Part shown: positions 51,175 to 62,152 of the stretch, one piece after another
Layout of the letters: each line of letters begins with the position of its first letter
Position numbering within the stretch: position 1 is the stretch's first letter
Made by a program: the position numbers and the translations under genes
The notes under the pieces: generated by a model
Databases searched by the model: none
The model's input: the letters and a program-made list of their open reading frames with translations, nothing else
What the model was told of the DNA's origin: nothing
Source of the DNA: Octopus sinensis
Taxonomy: Eukaryota
Direction: 5' to 3'
Assembly: GCF_006345805.1 (NCBI RefSeq)
Contig: NC_042998.1
Span: forward strand, 37,820,001-37,884,000
Length of the DNA: 64,000 nt

Positions 51175-51182
<8 letters not shown>
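50578..51182 (+). mobile_element. 3' end of an RTE-clade LINE with three C2H2-like zinc fingers
   Basis: KPKKRYKDLLKASL..I.PDTWE....DRSRWR....G...FE is the RTE ORF2 C-terminal signature. It is followed by CRVYARPCLSKPGLKSHLRSH, CQACGRECNSAGGLKRHAKVH and CQFCTRHCRSLAGLKSYIRSQH, a stop at 51130, and a short 3' UTR running into (TA)n. Confidence 0.88.
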
Positions 51183-51243
<61 letters not shown>

Positions 51244-51278
51244 CTCTACTATTTCTTTCTATTTAACCATCTCACATC

Positions 51279-51389
51279 GTCTATGATGAAGGGATATCTT
51301 TAATATCCCAGAAAAAGCTGTAAGACTAACTTTCTCTATAAATGTCCTGAAAATTCCACACAGCCTTGGCTTTGTTATCTCATTTTAAT

Positions 51390-51390
<1 letters not shown>
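51279..51390 (+). mobile_element. Penelope-like pLTR remnant with a decayed hammerhead motif (51279-51326)
   Basis: GUCU-AUGAUGA-A-GGGAUA-loop-UAUCCC-A-GAAA-A-AGCU-GUA/AGAC. The downstream part is homologous to 6640-6706. Confidence 0.6.
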
Positions 51391-51431
<41 letters not shown>

Positions 51432-51434
51432 ACA

Positions 51435-51573
51435 TGAAGTTAATTATATGTCCGGCCGTAGAGTGACCAATGGTTTCGCATCTATAAAGCGCTTAGATTC
51501 CAATGACTCTGGAAGCGCTGTATGGATGCGAAACCATTGGTCGCTCAAACGGCCGGACATACATTTAACTTCA
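51435..51573. repeat. Fold-back with ~58-bp arms carrying the 3' half of a hammerhead-like motif
   Basis: TGAAGTTAA..TATGTCCGGCCGT.GAG.GACCAATGGTTTCGCATC.ATA.AGCGCTT and its reverse complement. Contains GAAA-CC-ATT-GG-TC. Confidence 0.8.
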
Positions 51574-51662
51574 TATTACTGCTCTAACTTTACGAGCGGG
51601 CTTCATTCTCGGATATATGATCGACTGGCGATCGATGTATGTGTGTGTTTGTGTGTATGTGC

Positions 51663-51700
<38 letters not shown>

Positions 51701-51720
51701 TGTGTGTGTGTATTCGTATA

Positions 51721-51963
51721 TTCTTCTTCTGATTTCAACCAAGCGGCTGCTGTCATGCTGGAGGACCACCGTGGCCCTTTTGGTTTCCTCAGTCTGGGGT
51801 TTTTCACATCACCACTCCTGTATGTGCCTTTGTCCCTGCTGTTGGCCCATTTGCTGTATAAGGGAGTTTGGTTGCACTGCCCTCGTCTGCACCTCATATC
51901 GGGCTGTTGGATCATCCGGTATTGTGGAGAGGAGGATGTCTAGTTTCCTTTTGAAGACATCTA
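51721..51963 (-). mobile_element. 3' end of a CR1/L2-group LINE with a (GAA)n tail
   Basis: DVFKRKLDILLSTIPDDP..RAVQPNSLIQQM on the minus strand, with a TTCTTCTTC tail at 51721. Confidence 0.75.
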
Positions 51964-52154
51964 TTTGGAATAAGCTGCCGGTCGAGATAGTGAAGATGCC
52001 GACGACCGCTCGGTTCAAAGTCTCCCTTGACCACAAGTGGCCTGAACTCTTTACATGAACACCACCCTGTACATAACTCCATGTCTCCCTACATGGCCTT
52101 GCTTTTTGCTTTTTTGAGCCAAAAAATTAACTAACTAACTAACTAACTAACTAA
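51964..52154 (+). mobile_element. 3' end of a CR1-type LINE with an (AACT)n tail
   Basis: WNKLPVEIVKMPTTARFKVSLDHKWPELFT*, then a 3' UTR and (AACT)n. Confidence 0.8.
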
Positions 52155-52660
52155 CATTTCCAGCTCATGCAGACGTCTTAATTTTTGTGGCAGGGCATTG
52201 AAAAGCTATGGGACTTTGAATCCTGGCCCCTGGCCCTGAAGTTAGATGGAATTGATGGTACCTTTCGTACAATATATGTATGTATGAATAAACGTATGTA
52301 TATATGCATGTCCCCCGCGCATACATACACACTGAGACGTACATAAATGTTCAGCCACACACACACACGTTATCATCACACTCACATTATCATCACACAC
52401 ACATACACACGCTTGTGCAGACTTCTTAGTTAGGTCACGGACGTCCCCCTTGTTAACCCACGCCTCCGGTCACTCCAGCATAATAAACAACCGCTAATCC
52501 AGATGCGTCTTCTTTCCTCTCCATTTTTCATTCTCCCTGTTTTCTCTCCTCGTTCCTTTCTGTAAAATAACTCACACAGAAACGTTAAAAACTTCTTCCA
52601 TTTTCTCTGAGCGTTAAACTTGTACACCCTGTCTTTTTGTTCCCTCTCTTGTTCATACAT

Positions 52661-53043
52661 GTGGAGGCGCAATGACCCAGTGGTTAGGACAGCGGATTCG
52701 TGGTCGTAGGATCGCGGTTTCGATTCCCAGACCGGGCGTTGTGAGTGTTTATTGAGCGAAAACACCTAAAAGCTCCACGAGGCTCCGGCAGGGATGGAGG
52801 TGATCCCTGCTGTACTCTTTCACCACAACTTTCTCTCACTCTTACTTCCTGTTTCTGTTGTACCTGTATTTCAAAGGGCCGGCCTTGTCACTCTCTGTGT
52901 CACGCTGAATATCCCCGATAACTACGTTAAGGGTACACGTGTCTGTGGAGTGCTCAGCCACTTACACGTTAATTCCACGAGCAGGCTGTTCCGTTGATCG
53001 GATCAACCGGAACCCTCGTCGTCGTAACCGACGGAGTGCTTCC
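52661..53043 (+). mobile_element. tRNA-derived SINE (family C-related: different head and body, same 3' tail)
   Basis: Head GGAGGCGCAATGACCCAGTGGTTAGG..GGTTTCGATTCCC has A/B boxes. The tail aligns with the reverse complement of 8551-8706. Confidence 0.85.
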
Positions 53044-53842
53044 ATGTTCTTACATATAACCCAGCCAATCAGGAGTATATCACACACTTCTTATTCCGTA
53101 CATTAATAGACTTGAAAAAGTGTGTTGAAATTTTCGTTCAACAAAGACTTTGAATTTCAAATAAATTTCTGTTCTTTGTGTTTTACGCTGATGTTTGAGA
53201 ATGAGAGGAAATGTGTGAGTTGTGTCTTGGGATGTGCGTTTTGCTAATAACAAATATCAGCTCAGATTATATTAGGCTGATTGTTATTATTGCTGATCAA
53301 GTAATCAATTGATTAACGGACTACATCATCGATTACTTGATTAATCGCTTCATTACTCAACCAATCAGATGAATTGTAGAGTCTTTTTGTCACCACTCAC
53401 GTACTCATCTAAGGTGTATACTCTTTGCTCCACGAGGGTCTCAGGAGAACAACGCACACACTCACGAATGCACACACACACATACACGCAAGTGTATATA
53501 CATTTACACACACGCATGTGAATACATACACAAATCTATATTTCTTTCATCACTGTTCCGTACTGTATTGCCGCTCTCGAGAAAAGATATACTGGACTTC
53601 CCCCCACTTATTAGCTTTGTTAAAACACTCATAATTCAGGTTGATTCTTTACTGGATAACATCATTTGCATAAGTGTGTTTTTGACGTCTCATATGAACG
53701 ACGCAGAATGAATCAGAAAATAAAATAATTCTAAACATTACGCAGCAGCCTAGCTATGGGTTAAATAAGAATTTAAACTAATTTTCTGTTAGCTAATTGA
53801 TGATAAACCGTATATCACGGTCTTAATTTGCCAAGTTTACAG

Positions 53843-53914
<72 letters not shown>

Positions 53915-54208
53915 GTGAGTCAGACAGTGTTTTGCTTTTTATTCCCTTTTCTTCCTTTTTTCGTTAATAGCGATTCTAAATCCAGTTTAATAGCCAACAT
54001 TTGCAGCTGTGATTATGAAACAACAAAATGTGTGTAATTGATGTAATTCATTTCTGTATTGTGCCGTTTGCTTCAAATGCAATTTAATTGTCTCTCTCTC
54101 TCTCTCGCTCGGTAGTTTAAAGTTAGATGACAGACATGCACGAGTGAGGTCCTCTCTTAAACGCTTAGTTGCTTAATTTAGTCTTCATATCATTGTGTGC
54201 ATGCGTGT

Positions 54209-54266
54209 GTATGCTTCTGTGTGGCACGTGGGCGTGCGTATGCTTCTATGTGGCACGTGGGCGTGC
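54209..54266 (+). repeat. 29-bp tandem duplication containing CACGTG
   Basis: GTATGCTTCT(G/A)TGTGGCACGTGGGCGTGC twice. Confidence 0.9.
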
Positions 54267-54675
54267 GTGCATACGCTGAATATACAATGACTCAATATTC
54301 CATTGTGTGTATAGAGTATTGACGTTAGATGTATAGCGATACAGTTATTTATTGATATATAATCGCATATTCATGTGATTCTGTATCTGCGCATCTGATC
54401 ATCTGAGAAATATTCATAATCTCGTGTGAGGGGGGAAAGAGAAAGTCGGAGAAAATATGGCATATTTATAGATTTAGTGTTTGCGTCTGTTTCTTTTTGT
54501 GTGGGGGTGTTTGCATGTATATGTACACATACGCACACATGTAGAAGCAGCCGGATTTCCTTGTGTCCTCAAAACGTAGAAACTTGTTTTTCAATTTGAA
54601 CTAAAATGACAACTTATAGCCGGTTTTGTGTAATTTATTTTATATTTGTGTGTGTGTGTGTGTGTGTCTCGTAAC

Positions 54676-55233
54676 ATATATTTGCCAACCAAGTGTGGCA
54701 TCCCATACAGGACAGTGCTACTGATATTTATAGCCCCAGGAAGACATCTCTTCCAGCTGGTTAGTGACACACATTCTGTGTATTTGCGAGGGAAAGTCAT
54801 CGATCCCATCTCTAGCCTTACAAGATACAAACGGACTCGCGTTTCTGGCTGGTTACCCGTCCCCAGCGGGTGTTACTCACTAGCTAATGGTGAAAGCCCG
54901 TTCCACTCGCAAATTACTATTTTTCTTGTGACCAGCTGTCGCTGATCTCGAAAAAGAAAGAGATATGGTATATCAAATCTCTGAGCCAGATATAAACAGT
55001 AGCGGTACGGAATCAAATATATGTTTGCCAGCTAAGTGTGGCGTCCTATACAGGACATTGCTACTGATGTTTATAGCCCCAGGAAGAGATTTCTTCCAGC
55101 TGGCTAACGACACACATTCTGTGTCCGATTAGTATTTGCTAGGGGAGGTCATCGCTCCAATCCCTAGCCTTACGACGTGATATACACGGACTCGAGTTTC
55201 TGGGTGGTTATCTGTCCTCACCGTGTATTAATC
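54676..55233 (-). mobile_element. About 1.6 tandem units (~350-bp period), each with a hammerhead motif (retrozyme-like or Penelope pLTR)
   Basis: 54676-54880 and 55019-55233 are diverged direct repeats. Hammerhead motifs lie on the minus strand at ~54828-54873 and 55183-55227. Confidence 0.7.
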
Positions 55234-55911
55234 ATATATATATATATATATCACCAATGATACACACGCGGTCATATATATGTATATGATTAACATACTA
55301 ATATTGTTTGCTTGAAATCACCAGGAAATAAAACTGTAACCCATAATGTTACTGCTACTTTCGATCTTTTGTAGGTGCGATGGGTTGCACCAAACGCAAG
55401 TTAGATGGTGGGTACTCATTTCATACGTTTTATTTGACCTACATTGGAACATATGCCAGTGCAAATACTCTTGGCAACTTGTACACTGCATTATCCTTGT
55501 GTGTTATTTTATTGCACATAATGTGTATTAGCTCTGTATTGAGTGTCAGTTTAAAATTAGAATAAGCCGTCCACTTGCAAGCGTGGTCACTGCTTGAGTT
55601 AAGAAACATTTGCTAAAATTTAATTCCTATAAATAAATCTCACTGTTTCACCTGAAGCATCATAAATCTATTTCCTTCTAGTAAGATATTACGATCTTTG
55701 AATGAACTGTGTTTTGTTTGAAACGAAGTTTGATTGTGTTTGGGGCAGGAACTTATCCAGCTGTTGAATTTATAGCTAATTGCCTAAATTTACGATCTGC
55801 TGTGTAGTAGCTGCTGTTCGAACTGATAACGCCGCATGGACGGTGGAGCATTTTCAATGAGAACCCTTTCGCTGGTGATACATACACACAAACACTTACA
55901 CACACGCACAC

Positions 55912-56532
55912 ATATAGGCAAATTTGTAGTTGAAAATACACCTAAATTTGAAAAACTTGTAATTGTTTAAAATAAATTTACTTACATATACACCAAACTA
56001 GTTTCAGCAATATTTTTTTGTTTATCAATGGTAAAAATTTAGAATTATGACTTAGAAAAACATGTGTAAAAGTTTCGATGTTGACAAGTTTAAATGTTCA
56101 TAAGAGTCAATAATATAAAAACTGTGCATCATCTTGTTTAAATGCACAAAATTCATTAGTGTTAGTAGTGATCGACAAGAAATAAATATCATCAAAGTTT
56201 CAGTCATACTCAGTTAAGAGGGAGAAAAACAAGGGAGAAATGAAGATAGTAAAAGAAGGGATTCGGTTTACAATTTCTCTGATTCTCTTTCCGTCGAGTG
56301 GAGGAACTTTTGCTTGTAAAGGTGTGTTTTGGAATCCGGTGTATTTATAATTTTTTCCCCTTGAGGGGATCTGATTTTTGATTCGTTAAAGAATTCATAA
56401 TTCTAAATTTTTACCATTGATAAACAGAACACATTGTTGAAACTACATTGGTATATACGTAAATAAATTTATTTCAAACAATTACAAGTTTTTCAAATTT
56501 AGGTGTATTTTCAACAACAAATTTGCCTATAT
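55912..56532. mobile_element. MITE/fold-back element with ~135-bp terminal inverted repeats
   Basis: ATAGGCAAATTTGT.GTTGAAAATACACCTAAATTTGAAAAACTTGTAATTGTTT...TTTAGAATTATGA (55914-56050) is inverted at 56395-56530, with TA at both ends. Confidence 0.85.
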
Positions 56533-56602
56533 TTTTCCCTTCCTGGAAATACAACCCCTCTTTTGTTATATACATACATACATACATACATACATACATA
56601 CA

Positions 56603-56636
<34 letters not shown>

Positions 56637-57207
56637 CATACATACATGCACTCAGTTGATTCTGTTTTAGTGTAATTGATATCATCACAGAGAAAAGTTA
56701 GCTTAGATATATTGCGGAAAGAAATACCATTGATATCCAAGAAAGGATTACAAAATTTCGACTTCTTTTGCCACCGACGTAAATATAGAATCATTAACAC
56801 GGACCAAGAAATATATAATGTAACGAAAGTAGGGGTTCCAGGGAAAATATAATTTGAACTCAACGGGGAACAAGGGACACTATCAGAATTATTTTTTGAT
56901 TCACACGGGTCAACATTTTAAAACATTAACGAAACTGAATAATCTAGAAGAAAAAAATCACAGTCCACATACAACGTATAATTAAGCAAAAAATATGAGA
57001 AAACTAAATAAACGGTAAGCCTAAGTAGGTTGAATCTAGTGACAAAATGAAATATTTTTGTTGACAGAATCATTAGGACATCGGTTCTTTGCATTCTAAG
57101 TTTAAATCGCATCGAGATCAACTTTCATTCTTTCCATGAAATACCTTCCGATGATATCAACAAATACCATCTTTTCGAGAATTTCTTCTATGATCGACCT
57201 TGAAACC

Positions 57208-57370
57208 CACCTACGAGTTACTCACCAGCGTAGATGACCCTGATCCTTGGTGTGTATATGTAGGCCTACAACGTGTACACCTACGAGTTACTCACCAGCG
57301 TAGATGACCCTGATCCTTGGTGTGTACATTTACGTGCACATCTACGAGTTGCATGCCAGCTTAGATGACG
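57208..57370 (+). repeat. Short tandem array: two identical 49-bp units plus one diverged partial unit
   Basis: CACCTACGAGTTACTCACCAGCGTAGATGACCCTGATCCTTGGTGTGTA at 57208 and 57278, with a diverged start at 57339. Confidence 0.9.
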
Positions 57371-57715
57371 GTTTAGTTTTCTTTTGTAAAATACGAGTGA
57401 CTATATTTGGAAGAAACATTTTAACTGCCATTTAGGTGTTGTTGTTAAACCGCCTCTTAAAAGATTGTTAGCTTTTTAAAAGGCGTTTTTGTAAAATCTT
57501 TTTCTTGTATGATGTCTATTAATATTTGGTCAAATGTTAAGATTAAAAAATTCGAAAGAGAGTAGGAAAAAAAAAAAGAAATAGGGAAACTGATACTAAA
57601 TTATAAGATATGTAAATATGCATAAATATTAATTCCTTACAAATTTCTGAATTAGAACAATAAACAAATAAACGACATTTTAAATTCAAATCCGGAAATC
57701 TATTTTATTATTATA

Positions 57716-58112
57716 CTAGCAGTATCGCCCGGCGTTGCTTGGGTTTGTAAGGGAAATAACTATATAAGCATTTTTAGAGAGTTATAGCCAAAAAATAGCA
57801 AAAAAAATGCATTAAAAATTGAAAAAAAATTAAGATAAATTTTTTTTTAAAGCGTTGACACATCGTAGATATTTTTAGAGAGTTACTTCCCTTATATAAA
57901 AGCGAAAAAAATGCATTAAAATGGAAAAATATGATGGTAAATTTTTTTTAAATCGTAGACTCATTGTAGACGCGCGCTAATACCCAGAAGGGCTCGATAT
58001 GAATCACGACTATAAGATACCTGCTTTTGGTTAAACTGCACCGCAAAATGTGGGAGTAGTTACGAATCTAAATCGTAGGAGACAGACACACAACTTCACT
58101 CTTATATAAAGA
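57716..58112 (-). mobile_element. Non-autonomous Helitron
   Basis: The minus strand begins TCTTTATATAAG and ends with a GC-rich hairpin (CCCAAGCAACGCCGGG) then CTAG. It is inserted between A and T with no TSD, and has an internal ~100-bp duplication. Confidence 0.8.
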
Positions 58113-58113
58113 T

Positions 58114-58440
58114 GCTTTTTTTTTTCAGTCATAGAGTTAGATTTATGAAGGTCTTCAGTAGAAAATCCTTCGAATTCTGACTCGCTGCTTGATATAATGA
58201 AATTCGTATCCATTTTTTGTCAGAATTACAAATTTTGAAAACACAATAGGAACAAATTTCGGAAAAAAATCTCCCATAATTCACGGAATTAAAATTACAC
58301 TTCGATTTTTGTACAAAACTGTATTTGAAGTGTTTACGAAGTATAATACGTGTTTTCACGAATGTACTAAAGAGATTTACTCTGATATTCTCATTTAAAT
58401 ATGAATAGGTAAATTCGGGCGGTTTAGTAACGAAAGGGTT
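58114..58440 (-). mobile_element. Probable piggyBac-like terminal fragment
   Basis: The minus strand starts (T)AAA-CCCTTTCGTTAC, resembling a TTAA-CCC terminus, and leads to an acidic N-terminal stub MDTNFIISSSESEFEGFSTEDL. The other end was not found. Confidence 0.4.
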
Positions 58441-58529
58441 TATATAAGTGTCGTCTGTTTATACATAAACACTGTTTCATACTTTCAGTTTAGTCTTCCT
58501 CAAATCACTGTCGCTATTTACTCTCTTCC

Positions 58530-58890
58530 AAGAACATTTTCACTCACTCTTATCTGTTAGCTTGCCATACATTTTACTCATGTATCTATCAGCGTGATAA
58601 ACAGAAACAAATATTACATCTAGTTTCACTTTATTCGTTGCACACTGTGTGTGTGCGTTTGCGTGTGCTGTAAACCAGACTAAGAAAAGCATTTGACATA
58701 CACACCAGAATGTGAGTTTTCTGTAAATTTTGCTTAATTGGAGTTTAAATTTTAAAAACTGGACCTGGCAAAACCCGATGCATTCTACTCTTAAAAATGC
58801 TAGGTAAATTGTAATTGAAGAAATCCTATATTGTAGATTTCTATAACTGACAAAGGGAGGCAGATAAAATCTGCCTTTTATAATAAGAGA
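58530..58890 (-). mobile_element. Probable Helitron 5' fragment
   Basis: The minus strand starts A/TCTCTTATTATAAAA, like the 57716-58112 terminus. No 3' CTAG end was identified. Confidence 0.45.
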
Positions 58891-58891
58891 T

Positions 58892-61197
58892 GCATATTGT
58901 TTAAATATAATCAAATACCTATTACTAAAAAACATTAATAAAAAAACTCATTAAACTCGCTACACTTTAAAGATCATTTTGTCCTGCCACTATTAGGTTT
59001 GCTTTCATATATATACAATTCTGCTTACAGCCTTACAAGTATGGATAGATTTTCTGAAAAGAACCTAAGTTAGATACAGATAAAGAGACGCATGGTCTGA
59101 GGCAGTCTGTTGAAGCTACAGCCACTGCCAGTGATGCTGCCTCGTCGAAATTACCAAGAAATGATGGAATTAACCTGCAACTAAAAGTTTGTCAATATTG
59201 TGAAAACTACATAGCTCTGGGATTTATTTGGACTGGAAACCCAGACTGCTCTTCACCTTTGTGTACTGTTTCTGGGGAGAAGCTGGCTAATAGTGCTATG
59301 GCACCAGCCAAACTGAAACGACATTTAACGACTAAACATCCAGAGTTGTCAGGCAAAAATGAACAATATTTTAAGAGAGAATTGGCATTTAATAAAAGGC
59401 AAGTTTCTATGTTTGCCCAAAAGTTCAAGTTGAGTGACAAAGGGCAAGAAGCAAGTTATGCTGTGGCGGAGATAGTTGCAAGAAAAATGAAATCTCATAC
59501 CATCGCTGAAACTGTAATTTTACCTGCATGCCAGGAAATAGTGAGGATAATGTTTGGAGAGGATGCTGTATCAGAGCTAAATAAAATTCCACTTTCTATC
59601 AACATAATAAGTAGGCGCATGTCAGGAGACATTGAGTGCAATATTAAGTCAAAAATACTGAAACATAAGTTGTTTGCACTTCAAGTTGATGAGAGCACAT
59701 ACATCACTGGTAAATCACAGCTCCTTGTATTTGTACGTTTTATTAATGATGAAGCTATTGTAGAAGACGTCCTGTGTTGCAAAGAGTTGCTAGAAACAAG
59801 AAAAGGGCAAGATGTATTTGATGTTTTAAATTCATATTTAGAGTATTGTGGATTGAACTGGAAAAACTGTTGGTATTTGTACAGATGGTGCCCCTGCAAT
59901 GACAGGATGTCTTAAAGGCTTTGTCCCAATCGCACAAAAACAAAATCCAAATGTTTCATTCATAGAGACGCACTAGTTGCTAAAACTCTTGGACCTGAAC
60001 TAAAATCTGCATTGGATATGATAATGAAAATAGTTAATTACTTCAAAATGAGGCCACTTAAATGTCGACAGTTTGTGAAACTTTGTGTGGGTATGGAAGC
60101 AGACCATTCCACCTTAATCCAGCACACAGAAATACGATGGTTGTCAAGGGGAAAAGTATTGTCTCGTTTTTACGAATTAAGAGAAGAGTTATTGACCTTT
60201 TGTTTGCAAGAAAACCTGAAAGACTTTGTAGAATGTTTGAGTGATGACCATTGGTGTTCCAAGTTAGCATATCTTGCCGATACATTTCATGAGCTAACAA
60301 TGGCATGCAGGGCAAGAACGAAAATATCTTGTCTTCTACTGACAAAATAAATGCTTTTCAGAAGAAATTGACAATATGGAAGAAACGCATAGCTGCAGGA
60401 AATTTGGAAATGTTCCCAAGTGTTTTTAAAAGGAATTGTCAAGAAACTGCGCTACTGATTTTGAACTATTTGCACACTTTGTCAACAAACCTTGACAAAT
60501 ATTTTCCATCGATATCTGTTGACCAGTATGACTGGATTAGAAACCCATTCGTGGAATTTGAGCCATTTGAAGAACAGTTCACATTAACAGAAGCAGAACT
60601 TGCCAGTGTTTTAAATGACAGAACATTAAAGTTGAAGCATTCTGAGCTTCACCTGAATGCATTTTAGTTGCTGGTTGAAAAGGAATATCCTGCAATCGCC
60701 CAGAAAGCGCTGCGACTTCTTGTACAGTTTTCAGCCTCCTACTTCTGTAAATTTGGATTTTCAGCCCTGACAACCATCAAGCACAAGAAGCGAGCACAAT
60801 TGCTGTCTGTGAAAGATGAACTTCATGTGTTTCTATCAAAAACACGACCTAATCTTAAAGAGTTGTGCAAGAAACACCAGACTCAAGTTTCTCATTGAGT
60901 TTTTGATGAGAATAAATGTAATCTATTCAAACTAAAGTTTTTTTAATACATGTTTTAATAATAACTGTAGATGCAAGAATAAAATTGCATATGTACGTGA
61001 CAACTTTTTACAGTTTGTGATTTTATTGTAAATAAATCTGAACATGAGTATTTTCATTTCATTAATTAAATGCTGGTTTTTTTTTTTTTTTTTTTTTTTT
61101 TTTTGCATAAGACAATTAAATTATTGCACAGGGGTTCCTAGAGCCAGTGGAATGTTTCCTTGGGGTTCCGCTCCAGCAAAAAGGTTGAAAAGCACTG
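58892..61197 (+). mobile_element. hAT (Buster/Charlie-type) DNA transposon with a decayed transposase (59041-60898)
   Basis: BED-finger region C..SGEKLANSAMAPAKLKRHLTTKHP, KSHTIAETVILPA, FALQVDEST, TEIRWLSRGKVL.RFYELREEL, and a hATC dimerisation tail YPAIAQKALRLL.QF..SY.C..GFSAL. 3' TIR AAAAAGGTTGAAAAGCACTG ends at 61197. Several frameshifts; the 5' TIR was not seen. Confidence 0.93.
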
Positions 61198-61815
61198 CTA
61201 CTGAAGTAGAACATAGAATTAAACTGGGAAACTAAAGAAGAAAACGATAACTAAAACAAAAGTTACTAAGAACATTTTTTTCTTAAATTATTCTTAAAAC
61301 ATTTTCAGTCTTGCATCCAAAATTTATTCTCAATGTCAGCACAACACTACTATAGCCGATAGTAAGTCATGCAAAAGTTAAATGCATGTTATGAGAATAA
61401 ACAAGAGTAAGAAAACTTATAAGCACATTATAATGAAAACAAAAAACAAAATGAATGTTTATATATCCTTTAGTGTTTATTGAGCTATCGTAGTAAGTTT
61501 CTTATGTACGTCTTAGAGTAAAACATCTGCATTTTACATCGCTAGAACATGCCAAGCATGGTAGTGGGGGGGGGGGACAGAACTAACAAATAGAACTCAC
61601 TATTTATGGGAAAAAAATATGCAAACAGCAGAAAATGCAAACAGTGTGTGCGTGTGATTATGTCACACTGACACACGCATACATAGGCATACACATACAT
61701 ACATACATACATACATACATACATACATACATACATACATACATACATACATACATACATACATTTGATATCAACATGGAGTATGCAAAATATCATTTCT
61801 GGTAGCAAAACAGTT

Positions 61816-61950
61816 CGGTGAGATGGCAGAATCAATAGCACGCCTGGTTAATTGCTTAAAAGTATTTCGCCCGTCTTTACGTTCGGAGTTCAAATTCCAC
61901 TGAGGTCGACTTTGACTTTCATCCATTCGGGGTCGATAATGTAAGTATGC
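61816..61950 (+). mobile_element. SINE family B, 3'-truncated
   Basis: Head and central-domain match to family B. Confidence 0.8.
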
Positions 61951-62152
61951 AGGTTCTTTACTCAACATTCTCTGTCCTGTCCAATCCGACGAACACACGC
62001 TACACACGTTGCTTCCAAGCACTGCTGTAAACAGCGTAAGTTAGATAGAACGTTAAAACTTAGTGCGCATGCACATCAGTGTTTAAGGTCAACCTGTACC
62101 AAGCGACTTTACTCAGCGTGCTTTAGCTTCATTACTATGGCAACAGACCACG
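61951..62152 (+). mobile_element. 3' part of the mariner-derived element seen at 1700-2107
   Basis: CTTTACTC.GCGTGCTTTAGCTTC.TTACTATGG.AACAG..ACCACG followed by TA is shared with ~1920-2109. Confidence 0.7.

Noticed and set aside
52661-52735. tRNA gene candidates (also SINE heads at 6079, 32848, ~16520-16587 and ~37205-37265)
   Set aside because: A/B boxes are present but no complete cloverleaf was found. The clear cases continue into SINE bodies, so these are treated as SINE heads.
57208-57370. CRISPR-like repeat-spacer appearance
   Set aside because: There are only about 2.5 units, the linkers are short, unequal and related, there are no cas genes, and the context is eukaryotic.
59041-60898. 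Domesticated ZBED5/SCAND3-like gene
   Set aside because: Multiple frameshifts and stops plus a retained 3' TIR indicate a dead transposon.
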